A stretch of DNA of 64,000 nucleotides. Source: Candidatus Bathyarchaeota archaeon. Its GTDB lineage: Archaea; Thermoproteota; Bathyarchaeia; Bathyarchaeales; Bathycorpusculaceae. Within the stretch, counting starts at the first letter, position 1; every line of letters begins with the position of its first letter. Of the stretch, positions 1-9,518 are shown in pieces. The stretch spans positions 736,001-800,000 of the forward strand of contig CAWHVC010000003.1 in assembly GCA_963832745.1 (NCBI GenBank), given 5' to 3'. Under the pieces are notes generated by a model. It did no database searches. It was given only the letters and a program-made list of their open reading frames with translations, and was not told the DNA's origin. A program made the position numbers and the translations under genes.

Positions 1-428
1 TCACAATTTACGCTTCAGACATTGACAAAGATGCCTTATCAAAAGCTGCCAAAGGTGAATATCAAGAAAAACAGGTTCAAAGTCTAAACGGGTTAATTGT
101 AGATAATTACTTCACAAAAGAAAATGGTATCTACAAAATAAAAAATCATGTTAAGCAACTGGTTCGTTTTGAAGAATTCGATTTGATGAAGTCAGCAGCT
201 CACACTAACCTTGACTTAATTTTGTGCCGTAACGTTATGATTTACTTTTCACGTGAAGGACAACAGAGAGTTCACATGAACTTTTACAATGCATTAAGAG
301 ACGGCGGCTACTTTGTCAGCGGTAAAGCAGAAATTCTAAGTGGGGAACCAGCCGCAAAATTTGTGCCCATTGATATTAGAGCAAGGGTTTACCAAAGACA
401 AAACGTTGCTTTTCAAATCAACGCTTAA
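1..428 (+). CDS. cheR: Chemotaxis methyltransferase CheR, C-terminal part (truncated by window edge)
   Basis: Frame open from nt 3: TIYASDIDKDALSKAAKGEY...DLILCRNVMIYF...GGYFVSGKAE, typical CheR motifs; directly upstream of cheA. Confidence 0.93.
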   Translation, partial: TIYASDIDKDALSKAAKGEYQEKQVQSLNGLIVDNYFTKENGIYKIKNHVKQLVRFEEFDLMKSAAHTNLDLILCRNVMIYFSREGQQRVHMNFYNALRDGGYFVSGKAEILSGEPAAKFVPIDIRARVYQRQNVAFQINA

Positions 429-548
429 CCTTTTTTTGTGTTAGTGTGTGTAACAGGAAAAGACACACGCAATCAAATAATCCTTTTTTCCCATTTAGAG
501 TTCCGTGCCAATAAAGAGATGGTTACGACTGGAAAGCAGGTGGGTTAA

Positions 549-2648
549 TTGTCTTTAGATGATAATGACCAGTATATGCAATTATTCGTTGAAGAAGCTA
601 AGGAACATATTGAAACATTAACAAAGTCACTATTAATTCTGGAAAAAGATCCTAAGAACCAAGAAATAGTTAACATGCTTTTCCGTTCAGCTCACACCCT
701 TAAAGGTAGTTCAGGAATGATGGGTTTTAAGGACTTTCAAGAATTAACCCACGCGATGGAAGACATTTTTGACGGTATGCGTAAAGGCGAAAAACCAAAC
801 AGCATCCTTGTTAGCACACTGCTTGAATGTGTTGACTCCCTGTCTACAAGGCTTGAACAGATACAAAACAAAATTGAAGAAGAAATCAACGTTGCAACTC
901 TCAAACAAAAACTGCACAGCGTTTCAGAGTCCAACATGCCCCCTCAAGTAGAAAAACCTGCTGAAACAAAAACCCTCAATCCCCCCGCAGAAAAGCCGGT
1001 TGTTCCAGAAGTCAAGTTCGAGTTTGATGATAACCAAAAAGAAACAATAAAAAACGCTCAAGACATAGGTGAAAGCTGCTTTGTTGTTGACTTGAAATTC
1101 AGCGGTGATTGCAACTTTAGAAACCTGCGAGCTAGTATGCTTCTGAGTAAGATGGGCGAAATTGCTGACATTATTAAAACGTTGCCGGACCAAAAAGATC
1201 TTGATGAGCAAAAGCTCGGTTCAGGTTTCAAACTGGTAGTAACAACCAAGCAGAGCGATGCTGACATTGCTAAATGTGCCCAGCAAGTCTGTGAAGTTGA
1301 GCAGGTAAACGTTTTCCCCTTAGACTTAAACACTCCAGCAACTCCAGTAGCCCCTGCAACCATAACAGAAGCACCCGTTACTTCTCAGGCTTCGGTAGCC
1401 CCTGTTGAACCTAAAAATGAAACCCAAATTCACGCTGGCAGCCAAAACTCTGAAGAAGCCAAGGTTCTCTCAGAAGTACGTAGCGCCCAAACCGTTAGGG
1501 TAAAATTTGAACAACTTGACAAACTTATGAATTGGGTCGGCGAGCTTGTAATTAACAAAATTGCGTTGCTACAAGTAACTGCTGATAATCGTAATGAGAG
1601 CTTAAAACGTATCACGGAAAACATTGACCGTTTAACCGCCGATTTGCAAGACCTTGTTATGCAGGTACGAATGGTGCCTGTTAGCCAAATTTTTGACAGA
1701 TTCCCCCGTTTAGTACGGGACCTTTCAATGAAGAAGGGCAAACAAATCGATATAGTTATGGAAGGCAAAGAAATTGAAGTTGACAGAACAGTTCTTGACG
1801 AAATCGGAGAACCCCTAATTCACTTACTAAGAAACAGCATTGACCATGGCATCGAACAACCCACAGAAAGGCAAAAGAAAGGCAAAAAACCAGGCGGTAT
1901 AATCAAGCTGTCCGCGTTAAGAAACGGCGACCACGTAATCATTGAAATCGATGACGACGGAGCAGGCATTGACCCAGAAAAAATCAAAGAAAGCGCCATT
2001 CGCAAAGGCTTTATGAAAAAAGAAGAACTCGACAAAATGACTGACGATCAACTCATAAACCTAATATTTATGCCGGGATTCTCAACCGCTAAAGAAATCA
2101 CAGACACCAGTGGACGCGGCGTAGGTATGGATGTTGTAAAAACAAAAATTGCTGCTCTTGGCGGAACCGTTCATTTAGATACTGAAATCGGTAAAGGCAC
2201 AAAGACAAGTATCAAGTTGCCATTAACGTTAGCGATTATTCAGGCGATTCTGGTGAAAGATGCTGGACAAACGTTTGCGATACCTACAAGCCAAGTGTCT
2301 GAGATTGTGAAGTCAAGAAAAAACCAGGTGCAGTCCTTAGGAAAAACAGACGCTATCGTTGTTAGAAACCATGTTATCCCTGTTGTGCATCTTCACAAAA
2401 TGTTGGGGTTGGATGGCCCTGACGAGGAAGACCTTGAGTTGCTCATAACTTATTTGGGTGATGAGGATTCCAAGCTTGGTGTCGTAGTGGATTCAGTGCT
2501 AAGACAGCAGGACATACTTGTTAAGTCTATGAGTGAAACGCTTTCAGGAATCAAAGGAATCAGCGGCGCCACCATTTTGGGTGACGGCCAAGTAGTTTTA
2601 GTTCTTGATGTAAGACAGTTTACTCACAAGGTTCAAAACAAAGCCTAA
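549..2648 (+). CDS. cheA: Chemotaxis histidine kinase CheA
   Basis: Hpt FRSAHTLKGSS, P2-like region, dimerisation VRVKFEQLDKLMN, HATPase HLLRNSIDHGIE/DDGAGID/SGRGVGMDVVK, C-terminal CheW-like domain; TTG start. Confidence 0.97.
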   Translation: MSLDDNDQYMQLFVEEAKEHIETLTKSLLILEKDPKNQEIVNMLFRSAHTLKGSSGMMGFKDFQELTHAMEDIFDGMRKGEKPNSILVSTLLECVDSLSTRLEQIQNKIEEEINVATLKQKLHSVSESNMPPQVEKPAETKTLNPPAEKPVVPEVKFEFDDNQKETIKNAQDIGESCFVVDLKFSGDCNFRNLRASMLLSKMGEIADIIKTLPDQKDLDEQKLGSGFKLVVTTKQSDADIAKCAQQVCEVEQVNVFPLDLNTPATPVAPATITEAPVTSQASVAPVEPKNETQIHAGSQNSEEAKVLSEVRSAQTVRVKFEQLDKLMNWVGELVINKIALLQVTADNRNESLKRITENIDRLTADLQDLVMQVRMVPVSQIFDRFPRLVRDLSMKKGKQIDIVMEGKEIEVDRTVLDEIGEPLIHLLRNSIDHGIEQPTERQKKGKKPGGIIKLSALRNGDHVIIEIDDDGAGIDPEKIKESAIRKGFMKKEELDKMTDDQLINLIFMPGFSTAKEITDTSGRGVGMDVVKTKIAALGGTVHLDTEIGKGTKTSIKLPLTLAIIQAILVKDAGQTFAIPTSQVSEIVKSRKNQVQSLGKTDAIVVRNHVIPVVHLHKMLGLDGPDEEDLELLITYLGDEDSKLGVVVDSVLRQQDILVKSMSETLSGIKGISGATILGDGQVVLVLDVRQFTHKVQNKA

Positions 2649-2734
2649 CCACCTTTTTTGTGGTTACTTTTTTTTGGGAATATTATAATTAATGGAAGTT
2701 CCCTTTTTAATTATTAACCGTTTTTATTTAATTA

Positions 2735-3097
2735 TTGAAGGGAGCATTCATGGTTGACCATACTGAGGTTAGATCAGAAAACGCGCGAAACGTCATTTTG
2801 AGTTATCAAGACGTAGTTTACTACATTAACCAAGTAAACGTGCAACTTCAAGAAGGCACCGAAAAAGTTAAAGCAACATTTCACGGCAAAAAAATAGGTG
2901 ACAACAAGCCTCGTAATCTTGAAATGGAAATCAGCCAAGCAGCCTACAACGTATTGCTAGATTACGCCAAACTCGACAAGCGTGATATGATGCTTGTTTT
3001 AGAAATCGAGGCAGGCGAAGCTAAATGGTGCTTGATGGATGAGAATTGGTTGAAGAACCAGATAGGTCTAGGTCCAAAACTCAGTTACATAATCTAA
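2735..3097 (+). CDS. Hypothetical soluble protein inside the che cluster (likely start ATG 2750)
   Basis: 120-aa ORF co-oriented between cheA and cheW; GGAG upstream of ATG 2750; T-tract after stop; no motif recognised. Confidence 0.7.
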   Translation: MKGAFMVDHTEVRSENARNVILSYQDVVYYINQVNVQLQEGTEKVKATFHGKKIGDNKPRNLEMEISQAAYNVLLDYAKLDKRDMMLVLEIEAGEAKWCLMDENWLKNQIGLGPKLSYII

Positions 3098-3206
3098 CTT
3101 TTCTTTTTACGGTTCTGAACTGGTAATCAGTAGCTTGTTTTCATAAGCGTCAAATAAGGGATTTCCTCAACTATCTCTTAAGTAGTCCATAATAGGTGTA
3201 ACAGTA

Positions 3207-3716
3207 ATGGTAGATATCGACAGGAAATCCTCAAGAGAAGAAATGCAGATGCTCACGTTCTCGCTTGACAATGTCTATTACGGCGTTAACGTTCATCAAG
3301 TTAGAGAAGTAAAAAATTTTGAAGGCGTCACACCTGTCCCGTACGCTCCAGCATACGTTAAAGGTGTAACAAACCTCCGTGGCGAGGTTCTTCCAGTTAT
3401 TGACTTGCGTAGACGCTTCGGCATCACAGAACAAAAAGAGAATGAAAGCACTGGCATAATGATTATCGTTCAAGACAAACATCCAATCGGTGTTATGGTT
3501 GACAGCGTCATGGAAGTTTTAACCCTGCCAAAAGACGACATTGAAACAAACCCTGACAGCCTAATTGTTGACAAAAACGAGTCAGTGCTCGGCGTAGCAA
3601 AACATGACAAAGACTTAATCATACTGTTGGATCTCATGAAAGTCGTTTCAAAAGACGCTATCAACCGTATTGAAAACACCAAAGGATTTGAAGTAAAAAC
3701 AGAAAAACAGGCTTAG
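3207..3716 (+). CDS. cheW: Chemotaxis coupling protein CheW
   Basis: YGVNVHQVREV...PVPYAPAYVKGVTNLRGEVLPVIDLRRRF...GVMVDSVMEV. Confidence 0.96.
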   Translation: MVDIDRKSSREEMQMLTFSLDNVYYGVNVHQVREVKNFEGVTPVPYAPAYVKGVTNLRGEVLPVIDLRRRFGITEQKENESTGIMIIVQDKHPIGVMVDSVMEVLTLPKDDIETNPDSLIVDKNESVLGVAKHDKDLIILLDLMKVVSKDAINRIENTKGFEVKTEKQA

Positions 3717-3754
3717 ATAGCCATTTCAGCACCACCACCTTTTGTTGATGTCTA

Positions 3755-4777
3755 ATGGCGCAAATAAGAGTTTTAGTCGTTGACGATTCTCTGCTTATGC
3801 AAAGGGTACTTTCTGACATTTTAAAACTGGACCCTAGAATATCAGTGATTGACACTGCACGTGACGGTGAAGAAGCAATCGCTAAAATCGCGGCGTTGCA
3901 TCCAGACGTTGTAACAATGGATGTTGAAATGCCTAAAATGAACGGTTTAACAGCCGTACGCAGAATCATGGAAACCAACCCTGTGCCTGTGGTGATGATT
4001 AGCGCTTTAACGCAGCACGAAGCTCAACTAACCTTGAAGGCGTTGGAGTATGGCGCTGTGGATTATGTTCCTAAACCTTCAGGCCAAATCTCACTAAACA
4101 TGGACAGCGTCAAAGACGAACTTATTTCTAAAATTAAAACCGCCGCTTCAGCAAACGTAAGACCCATCAAACTAGTCACTGAGGAAACATTGCCGTCTAC
4201 GATGGTAACTGGAAGTGCCAGCGACAAAATAATTTTTATCGCAGCCTCAACAGGTGGACCACCCGCCATCACAAGTGTTCTGCGAAACTTGCCCAGCGAC
4301 ATACCACCAATCCTAATAGTTCAACATATGCCAAAAGGCGTAACCAAACTATTTGCTGACGGGTTAAACCAAGAATGCAAATTCAAAGTGAAAGAAGCCG
4401 AAGAAGGTGACATGATCCAAGAAGGGCTTGCCCTAATTGCCCCCGGGGGTTTACATATGGTTGTAACAAAAGACGACAAAATCGCTCTGTCTAAGGAACC
4501 CCCAGTTAATTATGTGCGCCCCGCCGCGGATGTTACAATGTTCTCTCTTGCAGACGTTTATGGCTCTAAAAACGTAAGTGTAGTCCTTACGGGCATGGGT
4601 TCTGACGGCGCAAAAGGAGTGGTTGCCATCAAAGGGAAAGGTGGATACACTATTGCTCAGGATGAAAAAACCAGCATTGTTTACGGGATGCCAAAAATGG
4701 CTTTTGAAACTGGATGCGTTGACGTTGTTGTTCCTTTGGAAAGAATTCCAAGGGAAATCATTAAGGCTTTAAAATAA
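3755..4777 (+). CDS. cheB: Chemotaxis response regulator methylesterase CheB
   Basis: Receiver VLVVDDS/DVEMPKMNG plus esterase motifs AASTGGP, VQHMP, LTGMGSDGA, YGMP. Confidence 0.97.
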   Translation: MAQIRVLVVDDSLLMQRVLSDILKLDPRISVIDTARDGEEAIAKIAALHPDVVTMDVEMPKMNGLTAVRRIMETNPVPVVMISALTQHEAQLTLKALEYGAVDYVPKPSGQISLNMDSVKDELISKIKTAASANVRPIKLVTEETLPSTMVTGSASDKIIFIAASTGGPPAITSVLRNLPSDIPPILIVQHMPKGVTKLFADGLNQECKFKVKEAEEGDMIQEGLALIAPGGLHMVVTKDDKIALSKEPPVNYVRPAADVTMFSLADVYGSKNVSVVLTGMGSDGAKGVVAIKGKGGYTIAQDEKTSIVYGMPKMAFETGCVDVVVPLERIPREIIKALK

Positions 4778-4882
4778 TAAACAATTTTTTAATTAATTAT
4801 TTTTGTTATGAATATCAAATTCATAATTTACTTATAAGCAAATGTCCAAAATGAATGGAGACACGCAGGAGCATTAATCAAA

Positions 4883-6382
4883 ATGGCAGTTGAAATCAAG
4901 GATAAATCGGACAAACGAAACCTGGACCTTGAAAAACAGGTTGAAAGATTAAATAATGAAAATAAACGATTACAAGAAGAAAATAAGCAGTTAGAACAAA
5001 AAATTATTGAGGTTTTAAACGACGCGATACAAGGTGCAGAAGGGACCTCAGCCTTGGCAGATCAAACAATTCAAAACGCTGCTAAAGCCGCGGAATTAGC
5101 CTACAACGCAGAACAATCTGCAGTCAAAGTGGCAGAGTTGGCTTCAAACGCGACTGAAGTAGTAAACAAAGTCATTTTTACAATAAAAAACGTGGAAGAG
5201 GCAGCAAACAAAGTAGCCTTAAGTGCAGACGGGGCAACCAAGTCAACAACTAAAGTAGTGGAAATGGGTAAACAAGCTGCTAACGTTTCTAACCAAATGG
5301 CTATCGGTATGCAGCAAGTCAGCACGGCATCTCAGCAGGTATCAACCGGTGCTCAAAAACTTGCAGACCTCTCACAAGATGCAGCTAGAAGTACTGAATC
5401 ACTAAAAAAAGTCATGGATGATGCAGGCTTAATCGCCAGAGAAGCTTCCGTTGTAACTGAAGAAGCTTTAAAGAAGTCAAAGGAAGCTAACGAGAAAGGC
5501 CAAAAAGGTTTAGTGGCAATCGAAAACATCAAAACAAACATTACACGCGTCTCCGAAGCAGTAACTTCAATGGTTAACTCAGTTGAGCAAGTTGGGGAAA
5601 TGGCTAACTCGGTTTCAGACATTGCGGGTCAAACTAACATGCTTGCACTTAATGCTGCTATTGAAGCTGCAAGAGCAGGCGAGGCAGGCAGAGGCTTTGC
5701 AGTTGTCGCTGACGCAGTAAAAGGTTTAGCAGGTCAATCTAAAATTGCTGCGCAATCATCAATTGACCTAGTTAAAGGTATTAAAGACGCGGGTTCCCAA
5801 ACAAGCAACATTTCCACTCAGTCACAGGCCGGAGCAGCTGAAGGCGCCACAGTGGTTTTAGGTGCAATCAAAGAATCTGAAGGTATAGCCATAATCATGG
5901 GTGAAATGACCGGTAAAGTCAACAACTTGACAAACGGTGTGGAACGTGGACTTGACGCGTTAAGTTCAGTAGTTAAAACTATTGAAGAAGTAGCTAGCAT
6001 AGCTGAAGAAAGCTCCTCAGCATCTGAAGAAGCATCCTCAGCTGTTGAAGAACAAACTGCTTCAGCACAAGAAATGGCTGCAATCGCTAAAGATGTTCAA
6101 GGAACCGCCGAGCAGGTTGAACAAATAACCAAAACCGTTGTTGCGGATGCCCAGGAAATGTCAAAGTTGGCTTTAGGCGTTGTTGGTGACTCTCAACAGA
6201 TCGAAGCGGCCACACAAGAGATTCTGTCTCAAGCAAACGCTGTAGGAAGCAACAATAATTTAGCAGTCAGTGAAATCACCGCTATGGCGGAAGCAACAGA
6301 AAAAATGAAAGCTGAAGTTGAGCAAGCCATTGAGCATCGAAAACAGTTGCTTCAAGAGTTTCTTAACAGGAAAAGCAGCTAA
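4883..6382 (+). CDS. Soluble methyl-accepting chemotaxis protein
   Basis: Signalling tip [30 protein letters not shown]; methylation-like EE/EQ pairs ([25 protein letters not shown]); no hydrophobic TM stretch. Confidence 0.93.
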   Translation: MAVEIKDKSDKRNLDLEKQVERLNNENKRLQEENKQLEQKIIEVLNDAIQGAEGTSALADQTIQNAAKAAELAYNAEQSAVKVAELASNATEVVNKVIFTIKNVEEAANKVALSADGATKSTTKVVEMGKQAANVSNQMAIGMQQVSTASQQVSTGAQKLADLSQDAARSTESLKKVMDDAGLIAREASVVTEEALKKSKEANEKGQKGLVAIENIKTNITRVSEAVTSMVNSVEQVGEMANSVSDIAGQTNMLALNAAIEAARAGEAGRGFAVVADAVKGLAGQSKIAAQSSIDLVKGIKDAGSQTSNISTQSQAGAAEGATVVLGAIKESEGIAIIMGEMTGKVNNLTNGVERGLDALSSVVKTIEEVASIAEESSSASEEASSAVEEQTASAQEMAAIAKDVQGTAEQVEQITKTVVADAQEMSKLALGVVGDSQQIEAATQEILSQANAVGSNNNLAVSEITAMAEATEKMKAEVEQAIEHRKQLLQEFLNRKSS

Positions 6383-6389
6383 ATCTAAC

Positions 6390-6413
6390 TTTTTTCTTTT
6401 TGATTTTTCTTTT
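6390..6413 (+). terminator. Oligo-T archaeal terminator candidate after the MCP gene
   Basis: TTTTTTCTTTTTGATTTTTCTTTT just after the stop codon. Confidence 0.5.
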
Positions 6414-6504
6414 AACTCGGTTTAGTGTGTCGTTTTTGTGATAGACAAACGCTATTATGGCAAACTTGCCCTCTTACTGAATTAATAAGCAAAGGTGCCA
6501 GTTT

Positions 6505-7068
6505 ATGGGAACAGAAATTAGAACTTTCGCCACACTTAAAGACATAACCGAATACGTTGTTGACCAAACAGAACAACACCGGGCACTTCATGAAGACTAC
6601 AGCCAATGGCTAGGCACGTTACTTCGGGATTCTGAAATCAGTCACAAAAACGATGAATGGTACCAAAAATCTGTTGCCATGCAAAAAACAACTAAATCGC
6701 CTCCGAAGAAGGCTCCAGAAAAAAAGCCTGCTGGCAAAGGTAAAAAAGGCGAAGAAAACTCAATTTGGGTTCCCTCTGGCAGCATAATGCTTTCATCCAC
6801 CGATCAAGGTCAAGCTGAAATCCTATTTGAAGCAATAGAAAAGATTGGCACAAAAATTCAGGACCTTGAAAAACTTAAGGGTTCAATTCAGCAGCTTGAA
6901 CGGATTGGTTTAGGAAAAAACGTTAGTTATATCCTTTACATTGAAGATGATGTGCCAAAAAAGATTGTGGTTCAACCGAAAAATAACAACAGTGATGGCT
7001 CGTTTAAGTATGCTACAGAAATGTCCATTCAAGCGTACGTTAGCGAACCAATCGCAAGCACAGGTTAG
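6505..7068 (+). CDS. Hypothetical coiled-coil protein
   Basis: 187-aa ORF with two amphipathic helical segments separated by a K/P-rich linker; C-terminal YILYIEDDVPKKIVV beta motif. Confidence 0.75.
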   Translation: MGTEIRTFATLKDITEYVVDQTEQHRALHEDYSQWLGTLLRDSEISHKNDEWYQKSVAMQKTTKSPPKKAPEKKPAGKGKKGEENSIWVPSGSIMLSSTDQGQAEILFEAIEKIGTKIQDLEKLKGSIQQLERIGLGKNVSYILYIEDDVPKKIVVQPKNNNSDGSFKYATEMSIQAYVSEPIASTG

Positions 7069-7216
7069 CCACGAGATGTTCTCAATGCTTCCACTTTTTT
7101 GTGGAGCAGGAATCTACAAAGATTAAATATGAATTAACCAAAAAAATAGTGGGGAATAAAAAATCTGCCCAAAATACGCTGTCTCGGGCGTCACGGTTAC
7201 CGTTCGAATTGATAGC

Positions 7217-7675
7217 GTGCAGGCTGAAAGAACCAGTCAACTGTTCCCCAGTGCAGACATGTTTTTTGATATAAACGCTAAATTGGATGAGCAAAAGAAA
7301 GGCGCAAGCGACACAATTTTAGGCTTCAACCTTGTCATTTCAACTAAACCCAGTATCGTCAAATACTTGGTGGCCGGCACAGTAACTCTTGAAGGGCCAA
7401 CGGCAGACATCAAAAAGAAGCTTGAACCAAACCCTAAAACCAAAATTCCCCAAATACTCTTCGCCATTTATCAAGATGTGTTCAACTCCATCTACATCTT
7501 AGCCTCCATACTAAACGCGCCTTACCCGCCCCCTGACCTACTGCATCCAATGGCAGAAAAAATCCAAATACTTCCTTACACGCCGCCACAGCCGGAAACC
7601 CCGCAGTCAGCTGCAGCAGATGCGACAGAAGTTACTGCCGCTCCTGCAGGGGAAGCGCCAAAAGCAACCGCATAA
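7217..7675 (+). CDS. Hypothetical protein, possible SecB-like fold; true start probably about 15 codons upstream
   Basis: Frame open upstream (VSGVTVTVRIDSVQAER); alternating beta-strand pattern followed by a helix ending in ASILNAPYPPP. Confidence 0.7.
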   Translation: MQAERTSQLFPSADMFFDINAKLDEQKKGASDTILGFNLVISTKPSIVKYLVAGTVTLEGPTADIKKKLEPNPKTKIPQILFAIYQDVFNSIYILASILNAPYPPPDLLHPMAEKIQILPYTPPQPETPQSAAADATEVTAAPAGEAPKATA

Positions 7676-7685
7676 AACAGTCAGT

Positions 7686-7819
7686 CTATTTGGATCCTAT
7701 TAGAAACTCGTTGCAGAAACCTATAGGGTGTAGGTAGAAACCAGCCTAAGACTGCAAATCATTAAGGGGGGTAGGTGCTATTGGCTGAAAAACACGCCAT
7801 TAATATGTTAAAAAATAGT
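7686..7819 (+). repeat. Dispersed intergenic repeat, copy 1 (with internal partial duplication)
   Basis: CTATTTGGATCCTATTAGAAACTCGTTGCAGAAACCTATAGGGTGTAGGT, then GGGGGGTAGGTGCTATTG...ACGCCATTAATATGTTAAAAAATAGT; matches copies at 33794, 44894 and 63826 (reverse). Confidence 0.85.
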
Positions 7820-7836
7820 AGAAAAAGGGTTTTGAG

Positions 7837-8355
7837 TTAAGCTGTAGTTGAGGGCTTGTCTTCCGAAAGACTATCTCTTACTGGGTTGACACGCTTGTTT
7901 TTCCGATACAAAATCAATCCTTCAGCCAAAAACAGTCCCGCAGAAATGCCAGTTATCGGCAACAGGTACATTACCGCCAAGCTTGGAGTCACATTTTGCC
8001 AAAAGAACTGAACCGTCAAGATTGCTGCTTCAACGCTAAGTATGCCAAAGAAAAAGAGGGAATAACAAAGCAGTCGCGGGACAAGGTTTCTGCCTATCCA
8101 CAGGTGACCGCTTATGCTTGTCTTCTCTTTTACTACATATGAGCCGTACACGTTTTTTTCCAGTAAGCCAAGGGACTCAAGTTTCTGCAGTTGTCGATAG
8201 GCGGTGCTTGGACTGCTAAGGTTTGCGCCACGCATAACTTCTCTTGGACCTACAGGTTTGCCTTCCTTAACCACGAAAGCGTACACGTTAAGTGTGTTGC
8301 CTTCAAGTTCTCCACAGTCCAAGTTAGCCATTGCCTTTTTAGCTCCTAGGTGCAA
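7837..8355 (-). CDS. Membrane-anchored winged-helix transcriptional regulator
   Basis: N-terminal wHTH (GPREVMRGANLSSPSTAYRQLQKLESLGLLEK, GSY wing) followed by two hydrophobic segments; likely start at MANLD. Confidence 0.8.
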   Translation of the reverse strand: MHLGAKKAMANLDCGELEGNTLNVYAFVVKEGKPVGPREVMRGANLSSPSTAYRQLQKLESLGLLEKNVYGSYVVKEKTSISGHLWIGRNLVPRLLCYSLFFFGILSVEAAILTVQFFWQNVTPSLAVMYLLPITGISAGLFLAEGLILYRKNKRVNPVRDSLSEDKPSTTA

Positions 8356-9505
8356 TGAATGCTTCTACGCCATATTGGTCAAGCGTGAAAATTTGTTGGT
8401 CACTCAATATTGAGTTATATAGATACCCATCTGTAGTCTTGGTTACTTCTACGTGCTTTAGGTCTGTCACTGTTGAATACGTGTAGGCATAGTTGGTTGT
8501 TCTAGTTTCATATTCTTCAATGTGGCTCGATACTGAAGTATACAAAGTGATTTTTCCTTCTGCCATAGATTCGAGACCTGCATTTGCTCCGACATGCCAC
8601 GTACCTTTTAGATGTATCAGTCTTGATTCATTAGGTTGCCAAACATTGTTAAAGCCGCCTTCGCCTGCCCATATATATTTAAGTGGAACCATAACTGTGT
8701 CGTCTACAGGGGGATGTTCATTGTTGAATTCTGTCTGGTTGGCATAGTGACCCCACATTTCTTTTTCAAAGATGACCTTTTGCATTAGCATAATGTCAGT
8801 TGCCACTGTGTATGGTTGAGTACTATCTACTCGAACTCTTCCTGTGACATCAACCCAAGTCCCGTTGACACAGATGTACTGTGTTGAAGTAATGTTCAGT
8901 CCTGAATCAGTTGGGTAGACATCATGTTTTTCATAAACATGTACTCCTTCAATCCATGTACCGTTTGTCTGCGCTTCTTCTGGCAAAGATGGAACTGTCT
9001 TTGTTATGTTGTTATACGAGTAGGGAAACATTGGCCATTGACCGTCTGGAAGCCATGTTACGTTTAACCATTCATTATCAAGCCATACACCTTCGACAAA
9101 ACCGCTTCCCCCTCCGCTTGTATGTCCTCCACCAGAGGAACCAGACATTCCACCGGCTAAAGAGGGCACAACAGAGACATTAGTGGATGTCACAAAGTCG
9201 ATTAGGCCTATCGCTGCTGGATACTCAGAGTGGTTGGTTACGTTTAAGACGATGTCGTAGTTGACTATTGATAGTGGTATCCCTCCTGAAGAAAAGTTAC
9301 TTGCGTGTTCCTGCACCGTATATTTTGCGTAAGCTGTGTCGACGGTAAAGTCTGCTTTAGGTCCCTGTAGCATTCTTGGGAAGGGCACTATATTTAGTTC
9401 TGCTACAAGTAGGGGTGATGCTGCTGCGATTCCGATTGAAAGCGAAAGAATTGCGCATATGATTATTGTTGGTGTTGTTTTCATGTTTTTCACTGCTGTT
9501 TTCAT
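8339..9505 (-). CDS. Secreted or cell-surface hypothetical protein (likely start ATG 9484)
   Basis: N-terminal hydrophobic signal (IIICAILSLSIGIAAASPLL), many N-x-S/T sequons, W/Y-rich beta content. Confidence 0.8.
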   Translation of the reverse strand: MKTAVKNMKTTPTIIICAILSLSIGIAAASPLLVAELNIVPFPRMLQGPKADFTVDTAYAKYTVQEHASNFSSGGIPLSIVNYDIVLNVTNHSEYPAAIGLIDFVTSTNVSVVPSLAGGMSGSSGGGHTSGGGSGFVEGVWLDNEWLNVTWLPDGQWPMFPYSYNNITKTVPSLPEEAQTNGTWIEGVHVYEKHDVYPTDSGLNITSTQYICVNGTWVDVTGRVRVDSTQPYTVATDIMLMQKVIFEKEMWGHYANQTEFNNEHPPVDDTVMVPLKYIWAGEGGFNNVWQPNESRLIHLKGTWHVGANAGLESMAEGKITLYTSVSSHIEEYETRTTNYAYTYSTVTDLKHVEVTKTTDGYLYNSILSDQQIFTLDQYGVEAFIAPRS

Positions 9506-9518
9506 GGTTGTAAGCGTG

